Positions 29,601-36,447 of a stretch of 64,000 nucleotides of DNA are shown in pieces. Every line of letters begins with the position of its first letter. Position 1 is the stretch's first letter. Origin of the DNA: a virus. The position numbers and the translations under genes are program-made. A model generated the notes under the pieces. It was not told where the DNA came from. It worked only from the letters and a program-made list of their open reading frames with translations, and did no database searches. The stretch covers positions 64,001 through 128,000 of IMG/VR virus record IMGVR_UViG_3300023184_000033; one strand, 5' to 3'.

Positions 29601-30164
29601 GTAAGCACCATAGTTGACAACTTCACCTGGTTCATATTTTCTTGAGTAACTATAATTACCAACAGCAATATATCCTGTTGTCATTATATCCCATGCAGCG
29701 GTATTAATGTTTGGATATTGGTTGATGTTGTTTAACGCAGCAACATAAGAATAACCACCATACGTTATAACGTCACCAACTGAATAGTTTACTGTGTTTG
29801 CATAGTTATCTAAGAATTGAAGACCACCAGCAAACAGTTGGAAGTTTCCAGTATTGGCTGCAAAACTATTTACGTTACCGGATCTATGTTGGGTTGTTAC
29901 AATATATGCATCAGCACCATAACGAACAACATCGTTTAGGTTATATTGTGTGTTTGCTGTCCATGGACCAGTCCAATTAAAACCTGGAGCAATTTTAGTC
30001 CAGTTTGAAATGTCGGTATAGAAGAATGAACTCGCTGTATGATTTCCCGTACAAGCGTAGGCAATACCACCATATGTGATGATGTCATCTTTGATATATG
30101 ATGTTGCGGCCACCCATGGACCAAGAAAAGTAAATTTTAATCTACCTAGTACAAAATCTGCCAT
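26613..30164 (-). CDS. Large virion structural/fibre protein: carbohydrate-binding-like repeats plus a probable beta-helix domain
   Basis: About nine Y..GDVV..GG.TY.A..W repeats; NVYYV...G.D...G....PW.SI.YA and G.Y.E.LPI motifs typical of pectate-lyase-like helix entry. Confidence 0.7.
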   Translation of the reverse strand: MADFVLGRLKFTFLGPWVAATSYIKDDIITYGGIAYACTGNHTASSFFYTDISNWTKIAPGFNWTGPWTANTQYNLNDVVRYGADAYIVTTQHRSGNVNSFAANTGNFQLFAGGLQFLDNYANTVNYSVGDVITYGGYSYVAALNNINQYPNINTAAWDIMTTGYIAVGNYSYSRKYEPGEVVNYGAYTYVNKLESTGVLPSLASNWDLVSKGTQYLGTYVANTNYVKGDVVRFGGNTYIAQTETVAIMPTVANSNSWITLTTGSNFRNTYVNGQQYDSGDVVRFGGNTYVALISSANITPTVANSTQWTTYNTGSNFRDMYVNGQQYNAGDVVRFGGNTYIALITSANITPTLSNSAQWVTHNTGTNYTNYYNPGQQYNAGDLSRFGGNTYIALTSSTNISPTTSNTTQWAVYSEGIRSRGTWSNATTYQLGESVFYANTTYVNATINNTNIVPANNGAYWSVLAQGSLEGTLTSPGDLLIQTSGGMARLPVGANGQILVVSNTGLPQWENPAPDANVYYVCVDSGIDNPYHGVSAQRPWQSIQYATQRLDAANSPGQNLATIMLRGGVYKEKLPITLPPGCSIFGDTTRTTIIEPAAGLSSDGLTPNANSTMFFLSDSTGMGRMTLRGMTGYIPNLAISANTAYQAGSDINTHTIGGVFLRLNPASPIINKSPYINDMTAISTGGIAAMIDGAVHTSGNKSMLFHSFTILGDNGVGYYVTNGGRAEIVSCFTYFCYFGYVANNGGVIRALNGNNSYGTFGAVATGYLLSENPITANVYGSMIQYVANTVYPSGSIFTSNNYMLGVTSNARALVLTFQTTNQQVYFQYTGQNANTFANNERLVEYTDATFTTPTGFYANTQTASAITGQNGIIVTINNLSANTNILPGCSFQFTTGAANTGYDPYSYVVASVSNWSSNANTAIVTLASAKPASNPAFDGQQVIIRQNFSNIRLTGHDFLSIGTGGIANTNYPNTSVTQNIPSNQTIQNYPGRVYYVTTDQGGNFSVGPYFAVNQATGSATLNASAFNLSGLSSLRLGSIGAQIGAQINEFSTDSTFSQNSNVKVPTQAAVKSYVDSAISSVTANLASFATSTNTSISQVRVSDAIYDATYNSANTIYYANTNIAFYKDSTIEVSNTVFNANGFVTNFNQKVNTAIGGGGTNYRYTIAYYANNIINTITRTVV
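28990..29485 (-). repeat. Intragenic tandem repeat, 153-bp (51-aa) period
   Basis: TATTACCACCAAATCT starts at 28994, 29147, 29300 and 29453. Confidence 0.85.
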
Positions 30165-30193
30165 TTTAAAAAGCTCCCGAGGATTCTATTTTA

Positions 30194-30201
30194 TATTTAT
30201 G
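30194..30201 (-). promoter_or_regulatory. Late promoter variant CATAAATA
   Basis: Intergenic, upstream of 26613..30164. Confidence 0.55.
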
Positions 30202-30209
30202 TATTATCA

Positions 30210-31004
30210 TTATGCGGGTCCAACTGAATAATCGTATTCATTTAGATATCTTGCAACCAAGAATCCTCTATTATTGATATAGTATGATAGTTGCACACCA
30301 TCAAAACGTACTTGTTCGTGTTTTCTGTGGTTTAGATTTGCATTTTCTCTACGAATTCTCATCACTCCATAAACGTTTGAGTGATTACCACTTGCATAAT
30401 AAAGTACATTTGGCGCATCTGCTGGTATTGTAAACGATAATGGACCAACACTTTGAGTGTTTAGGTCACCATTACTTCCACCATAAGCAGAACGTGAGTT
30501 TACAACACCAATCAAATATTCATTTGCATAATTTGCACCAGAAGGTTGTGTTGAAATGTACAAAGGATAACCTTGTGTACTTGGATCGGTCATGATAAAT
30601 GTATATGTTGCGCCACGTGTTACTTGCAATTCAATATTTGTGTTGCCGGTTCCAACTGTTGCTGGGTTACCGGAAATATCAAAATCGTAACCACCATTAT
30701 TAACACGAACATAAATGGTTTGACTTACAGCGACCTTATCACTAACTTCTGATTGTGTAATTGGTGTGTTATTGTGTGATACACCAGAATCGGTTGTACC
30801 ACGCAGAACTTCTTCTAGGCCCATGTATGCGAAACCTTGACCATCAGTCAATTCGATAGTCTCTGCTGTATTTGCAAACAAAGATTTTGTGTACGTTAAT
30901 TTACCATCGTTATCTCTACGTAATCCATGAAACGCAAACTGAGATGACGGTGTTTGTTGCGCTAAAGCACTTGCGCTATTAATATAGTCTGTAACTTTAA
31001 GCAT
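30210..31004 (-). CDS. Virion-associated protein with a cupredoxin-like domain
   Basis: L...RGATYTF...D.S..GYPLYIS and FTIPADAPNVLYY..GNH. Confidence 0.55.
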   Translation of the reverse strand: MLKVTDYINSASALAQQTPSSQFAFHGLRRDNDGKLTYTKSLFANTAETIELTDGQGFAYMGLEEVLRGTTDSGVSHNNTPITQSEVSDKVAVSQTIYVRVNNGGYDFDISGNPATVGTGNTNIELQVTRGATYTFIMTDPSTQGYPLYISTQPSGANYANEYLIGVVNSRSAYGGSNGDLNTQSVGPLSFTIPADAPNVLYYASGNHSNVYGVMRIRRENANLNHRKHEQVRFDGVQLSYYINNRGFLVARYLNEYDYSVGPA

Positions 31005-31680
31005 TTATTAATGTTCTCCAGGTTCCTAATGAATATACCATTGTAAAAGCAACTCCGTTCGAATTAAACAATAATGTATCCATAACCCCATTAATTTTAT
31101 TGGTAGCCCCGTTAATATAAACAGGATTTATGTCTTTATTTCCACCACCATCACCAATCATAATCGAAAAACCTTCAAAAATATTTGTAGGTAATGTTAT
31201 ATTTATGGCACCATTTACCGTATTTGCCAAAACATTAAACTGACTTGGTGTTAATACTGTATTTGAACTTATTGTTGTCCAAATTTGTGCAGCTCCGCCT
31301 CCGCCACCACCAATGTTCGCAGCTTGAAAAGCAGCTTCAGCATGTGCCCTAGCTGAATTAGCTAAATTCCATGCAACATTTGCGGATGATAGTGTGATTA
31401 TTTTATTTCCAACGTCTGTAGTTATTCTAACATCAAAACCTGAAGCCAGAGATATGATATCGTTATTTGAAGACGATAAAACTAAAGAAGAATTTGAATT
31501 AACAGTTGCAAAAGAGTTAGTTATACCTGCCGCAAAATAATTAATTGTATTTTGAGCATTCTTATAGTATAACTTACCGTCAAAAAAGTTAAGTGCTAGT
31601 TCACCGCTTGATAAAGAAACGGGAACATTACCTGCAACATTTGACTTCTTTAACTGAATTGTTGTATTTGCAATCGGCAT
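30997..31680 (-). CDS. Short fibre/structural protein
   Basis: N-terminal IQLKKS...VP.SL..GELALN..DGKLYYK anchor motif seen in phage fibres. Confidence 0.6.
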   Translation of the reverse strand: MPIANTTIQLKKSNVAGNVPVSLSSGELALNFFDGKLYYKNAQNTINYFAAGITNSFATVNSNSSLVLSSSNNDIISLASGFDVRITTDVGNKIITLSSANVAWNLANSARAHAEAAFQAANIGGGGGGAAQIWTTISSNTVLTPSQFNVLANTVNGAINITLPTNIFEGFSIMIGDGGGNKDINPVYINGATNKINGVMDTLLFNSNGVAFTMVYSLGTWRTLINA

Positions 31681-31685
31681 CTAAT

Positions 31686-32198
31686 TTATTTCTTAAAGAT
31701 ATCTTTTGTTGACATAATAACTTTAGGTGTTGCAGGTACTGCTGGTTCAACTTTAATTTCTTCAACCACAATCACTTCTTCAACATTTGTTGCAGTTGTT
31801 TTTGTTTTTTTACCACTCTTCAACTTTGTTTGCAAGTCATTGAGTTGTTTTTTCAAATCTATATTTTCTGCAGCAGTTGCAGCTAATTGATTTTTAAAAG
31901 TTTCGAGGTGTTGTAGTTGATGACGCATACTCTCAACATCACTTCTCTCTGATTTAAATATTTCAATTCTATTGTTTAAAGCAATAGTTTGAGCATTTAA
32001 TTCATCAACTTTAGTAATCTCATTTTCTCTTTGAGATGACAATTGTTCTTTTAATTTTTCATTTTCCGTTACGAATTGTTGGAAGGTTTCTTCTGTAACT
32101 TTTGCATTAGCCTGCATGGAGATGTTTCGAACAATTGCATCTTGTAGTGTTGTTGTTAGTATCTCAATATAATGATTAACGTATTTTTCCTGACTCAT
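31686..32198 (-). CDS. Coiled-coil hypothetical protein
   Basis: 170 aa rich in Q/E/K heptads; GGAG RBS. Confidence 0.7.
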   Translation of the reverse strand: MSQEKYVNHYIEILTTTLQDAIVRNISMQANAKVTEETFQQFVTENEKLKEQLSSQRENEITKVDELNAQTIALNNRIEIFKSERSDVESMRHQLQHLETFKNQLAATAAENIDLKKQLNDLQTKLKSGKKTKTTATNVEEVIVVEEIKVEPAVPATPKVIMSTKDIFKK

Positions 32199-32236
32199 TT
32201 CAATCTCCTATTTTATAAAATTATGTATTCACCAAC

Positions 32237-33877
32237 TTAAAACTGTCCTCCATCCATTGCAGAAGACCAAACAGGAACACCTGTATTAGTTACTGTAAGA
32301 ATTTGATTGCTCCATGTTTGATCTGCAAAACCTGCCACATACGTTGACTGAATTGGAGCAGCACCATCTGTACTGTTACCATAAATGATACCATTCGTAT
32401 TAAACGATGTTCTGCCTGTACCGCCTTGGCCAACAGTTAGACCAGCAATTGCTTGCGTTGTGAATCCTGTTACACGACCCCAAACATCAGTTGTTAAATT
32501 TGATACTGTATTGTTCGCAGCAAGCGTTGTGTTAATTGATGCAACGTTAGCAAGTTGTTGTAGTCCGTTTACACCAGAACCAATGACAACTTGACCGGTA
32601 TTAAACGATTGTTGTCCCGTACCACCATTGGGTACTGTTAACTGATTGACTAAGGTTGTTGCACCAAATACTTTGAAGTTACCTGCAACATATCCGTTGC
32701 CACCAATACCCAAATCGTTTGTGGTGTTCGCTTGGCCAGTTAAAGTTGTTGTGCCAATAACTGTTAAGTTAGTAGCAATCCGTTGATTACCAGTTACATA
32801 ACTGTTACCACCAACACCCAAGTCTGCTGTCGTATTTGCTTGTGTAGTAACAACTGTCGTGGCAATTACATTACCTTTAAAGGTTTGTGCATTAACGTTT
32901 GCTTTGCGGAAAGTAGTATCAGAAAAGTTAATTTGATTATTTCCTGATATTTCAGGAGCATAACTATCAAATAAGTAATATTCTTTGTCTGAATGGTTTC
33001 GTATAATACCTGTATGTGCATTTGAACCGTTATTATAGTGACCAATAATACCTATATCGCTGATATCGGTTGTATAGTTTCCTACAGCTAACAGAATCAT
33101 CGGATCGTTGGTTTCAAGTGTATTGGTATTAATTGATGTGGTATTACCTAAAATCGATACGTTACCAGAAACCGATAAATCACCAGTAATAGTAAGTCGT
33201 GAAGTAATCGTTTGATTACCAACAGACGTTGTATTAGAACGTAAAACTGTGTTATCAGTACCAAAGGTCATTGTATTGCCAGATGTGGCAGTCGTAATAC
33301 CTTTTGTTGCTATATGATAAAATGTTGAACCAGAATAAATTGTGTTACTGGTTGTTCCATCTGAAACGTTAAATGAACTAGTAACTGTTGTATTTGCAAT
33401 ACCCATGATACGGCCGTTTGCAGCAACTTGTACAATAGGAATTGTTGATGAACTTTGTGTGGAACCACCATAGAAACCAGCAACTAGACCAGGAACTGCA
33501 TTAAGTGATGTATTAAGTACAACATCGTTATTACCGGTGAACAGTACTGCCGCAGCAGTCATATCTCCACCAGCAACCGAGAAGTTTTTCGGAGTATCTA
33601 AAAGTACTGCCGTGTTTGCAACACCATAGAATCTACCAAACATACCACCAACAGGATCACGTTTAACTAACGTGCTTGCAGTATTTGATTGTGTAGCAGC
33701 ATCTAGTGTTGATGTGTAGTATTGACCACCAACGTTAACAACACCGTTTCCCGCAGCAGTACCAAGGAATAAAGTATTAGAGGCGTATGAATAGGCAAGT
33801 TCTCCAGCCTGCAACGAACTAGGACGGCCTACCGACAGAGAACGTTTTATTAGAATACTGGTGTTTGAGATAGGCAT
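32237..33877 (-). CDS. Tail-fibre-like structural protein
   Basis: ILIKRS...PSSLQAGELAYS anchor, V..GGTG repeats and C-terminal DGG.F. Confidence 0.7.
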   Translation of the reverse strand: MPISNTSILIKRSLSVGRPSSLQAGELAYSYASNTLFLGTAAGNGVVNVGGQYYTSTLDAATQSNTASTLVKRDPVGGMFGRFYGVANTAVLLDTPKNFSVAGGDMTAAAVLFTGNNDVVLNTSLNAVPGLVAGFYGGSTQSSSTIPIVQVAANGRIMGIANTTVTSSFNVSDGTTSNTIYSGSTFYHIATKGITTATSGNTMTFGTDNTVLRSNTTSVGNQTITSRLTITGDLSVSGNVSILGNTTSINTNTLETNDPMILLAVGNYTTDISDIGIIGHYNNGSNAHTGIIRNHSDKEYYLFDSYAPEISGNNQINFSDTTFRKANVNAQTFKGNVIATTVVTTQANTTADLGVGGNSYVTGNQRIATNLTVIGTTTLTGQANTTNDLGIGGNGYVAGNFKVFGATTLVNQLTVPNGGTGQQSFNTGQVVIGSGVNGLQQLANVASINTTLAANNTVSNLTTDVWGRVTGFTTQAIAGLTVGQGGTGRTSFNTNGIIYGNSTDGAAPIQSTYVAGFADQTWSNQILTVTNTGVPVWSSAMDGGQF

Positions 33878-33907
33878 TTACAATTCCCTTTTATTTTTAT
33901 TTTATAT

Positions 33908-34246
33908 TTATGAAAATAATCCACCATCAACCGTACCCAAATAGGTACCAGTAATAATGACGTTTCCATTCACAAATTCTTGATTATTAACTGTCAAGCT
34001 CTGACTGACAGTTACATTTCCACCAATTGTACCACCACCAGTAACAAACAAGTAACCAGTGTTTGCATAATAAGATGCCTGATTTGCTAATTGAAACGCA
34101 CTATTTGACTGTGATTCCAAGTAGTTTAATCTGGTGATAACATCAGTCGCACCAACAAACGTGGTGGTTCCTTTTAAAATCTGTGGTCTACCCTGATTGA
34201 CTCTTACGCTAATACTGCTAGAAGGAGTTACGGTAACTTTAGGCAT
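33908..34246 (-). CDS. Small structural protein
   Basis: 112 aa with GGTIGGNV and C-terminal VDGG.F. Confidence 0.6.
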   Translation of the reverse strand: MPKVTVTPSSSISVRVNQGRPQILKGTTTFVGATDVITRLNYLESQSNSAFQLANQASYYANTGYLFVTGGGTIGGNVTVSQSLTVNNQEFVNGNVIITGTYLGTVDGGLFS

Positions 34247-34255
34247 TCAATAACC

Positions 34256-34597
34256 TCATCTAGTTGCACAAGGTGAAATAAATATTTGTCCTTCTAAAAC
34301 TCTAGTTACCAATCCAGTTGATGTTTGAGTAAGCATTACATCATAAACATATTTTCCAGGCGCAACGTTTGCAGTAACTGGAGCCGCCGCAGAAAGCGTA
34401 ACAACTCCATTATTAGCGTCAGGAATACTTACTGCAAAGTTAATGGCAGCATTTGCGGAATAGTATGAACGTCTAGCCTGACTTTTAATGGTAAAACCTG
34501 TCAAATTATATGCAGTTCCATTACTATCATCTAAAGTTATGTTACTATTGAATGTCGTACCCTGTTCGATATATTGGTCTTGATATCCAGCTGGCAT
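34256..34597 (-). CDS. Small virion protein (Ig/BppU-like adaptor)
   Basis: IEQGTTF, YNLTG, G.V.LS....T...PGKYVYDV and RVLEG. Confidence 0.65.
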   Translation of the reverse strand: MPAGYQDQYIEQGTTFNSNITLDDSNGTAYNLTGFTIKSQARRSYYSANAAINFAVSIPDANNGVVTLSAAAPVTANVAPGKYVYDVMLTQTSTGLVTRVLEGQIFISPCATR

Positions 34598-34626
34598 GTT
34601 AGTTTCTCGGAAGTATTATGGACTAT

Positions 34627-35760
34627 TTAGTAAAGAGGATATTGTTTCTTTAACCAGTCAAGTTCAGTTCTTTCATCATTCGGTTCATACCAACCTTGTT
34701 TTCCGTAAATATTTAAGACAGAATTAAAATATTCTTCATACATTGAACCAACTTTATCGTATGAGAAATTCTCTGCCCATGTTCTACAGTCTTTAGGTTT
34801 AATTTTATCAATGTTTTTTGTTGCCCAAATAAAATGTTCAAAGGTTCGGCAACGATAACCTGTTACACCATGAATATTATATTCGGAAAACGCAGCCCAA
34901 TCGGTAGAAATGACTGGTGTTCCTGATAACATACATTCGATTTGAACACCTGCAAATGGTTCATTGAATTGAGATGGAACAAATGCACCTTTGGCATTGG
35001 CCATTAATTTTTTACGTTTTTCTACATCAGCATAACCAACATATTCAATATTTGGCGGCAAATCTTTGTAACCCATTTCTTCCAGACTGCCTTGACCTGC
35101 AATCTTTAGTTTGATTCCAGTTTTTAGTGCCACATCAATTGCAATGTGTACACCTTTGCCTTCATAGACACGACCAATAAAGAGAAAATAATCTTCTTTT
35201 TCTTCTTTGTATTCGAAGTCATTTAAATTGAAATAGTTTGGAATAACCACATCATACCACTTTGGATAACAACGTAGAACATCTTCTAAACCGGTGTATG
35301 CTGAGAGTATTGAGTAAGATTCGAAGATTTTGAAAGGTGCAAAGAAACCAAAACCATATCCAATTCCTGGTTCCACAACAATCATATCGGCATGATGGTC
35401 ACAGATTGGTTTCATGGGATGACCCCAAAATGCCAATAAGAAATCTTTATCTTGTTTTCTTTTACCAACTTCAACGATTGCATTTTCAACAAACGCCTTA
35501 TATGCTTCATCGTCAATATTATATTTGAATGATGTTTTTCTCCAGTCATAATCACCATAGACTTTTTGCCATACATCATTGGTAATTACTGTAACGTGTT
35601 CGTCACATTCAACTTTTGAATCTTCATGACCATAGTGTATGATGTGGTGACCTCTAGATTTCATCATTTCACAAAACTTAACTACCTTCTGCGTGAAAGC
35701 ACAAGCACTAAATTCTTTTGATGAAACGGTATGTGGTAAACCTAAAACGTGGAATCTCAT
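34627..35760 (-). CDS. Glycosyltransferase family 4 (GT-B, RfaG-like)
   Basis: FLFIGR....KG; EPFAGVQIE (EX7E) followed by CMLSGTPVISTD; HGVTGY. Confidence 0.9.
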   Translation of the reverse strand: MRFHVLGLPHTVSSKEFSACAFTQKVVKFCEMMKSRGHHIIHYGHEDSKVECDEHVTVITNDVWQKVYGDYDWRKTSFKYNIDDEAYKAFVENAIVEVGKRKQDKDFLLAFWGHPMKPICDHHADMIVVEPGIGYGFGFFAPFKIFESYSILSAYTGLEDVLRCYPKWYDVVIPNYFNLNDFEYKEEKEDYFLFIGRVYEGKGVHIAIDVALKTGIKLKIAGQGSLEEMGYKDLPPNIEYVGYADVEKRKKLMANAKGAFVPSQFNEPFAGVQIECMLSGTPVISTDWAAFSEYNIHGVTGYRCRTFEHFIWATKNIDKIKPKDCRTWAENFSYDKVGSMYEEYFNSVLNIYGKQGWYEPNDERTELDWLKKQYPLY

Positions 35761-35852
35761 AGTATTTTTACAGTCAGGAGTAAATTAGCTTTTCGGACTC
35801 TTGGATACGGTCCTGATTTTTTTGGGGCTCGGAACAGATTTTTTCGAATTTT

Positions 35853-36437
35853 TCATCTCCACTTAGGACCATCGAACCAAGCGGCTAACGAGTGTCGTTT
35901 ACCTTTGGTTACGGGAGTGGCTTGATGATCTAAGAAAGACGGAAAGAACAAAATTGTTCCCTGTTTTCTTATTTTTTCTTTGTCTGGAAAATTGATTAGA
36001 TCAAAAAACTCAAATTCACCACCTTCATACTCTGACGGATCGGTTAATTGTATAATTGCACTAATTTTTCTGTGGTATTTTGGATCATCATTAATCCAAA
36101 ACACATCATGGTGTCTATCATATTTGCCTTGATATGATGCATCATACTCGGCTACTTGTACATAATCTAATTTTGAGATATGGAAATTGAAAAACTTATC
36201 ATTAGCTTCTATTGCAAGTTTCCATAGTAAATTATTGAGTTGTTCTAATTTTGGGTTTTTCATATCCAAAAAACGAACAACACTTTTCCTCATTTCATGT
36301 GGTACCATCTTACCATCGATGCCAACAACAGCTTCTTGTGCTTTTGTCTCTAAACTAAATTGAATAATATGTTCACATGTTTGTTTAGTCAAATATGATT
36401 CATAATAACACCATTCACCTATCATAATAATCCTCAA
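35853..36437 (-). CDS. 2OG-Fe(II) oxygenase (prolyl-4-hydroxylase/PKHD-like)
   Basis: HxD (HHD), RKIS.IIQL, YEGGEF and FPSF..H.ATPVTKG.R.SL..W. Confidence 0.9.
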   Translation of the reverse strand: MRIIMIGEWCYYESYLTKQTCEHIIQFSLETKAQEAVVGIDGKMVPHEMRKSVVRFLDMKNPKLEQLNNLLWKLAIEANDKFFNFHISKLDYVQVAEYDASYQGKYDRHHDVFWINDDPKYHRKISAIIQLTDPSEYEGGEFEFFDLINFPDKEKIRKQGTILFFPSFLDHQATPVTKGKRHSLAAWFDGPKWR

Positions 36438-36447
36438 AAATTACATT

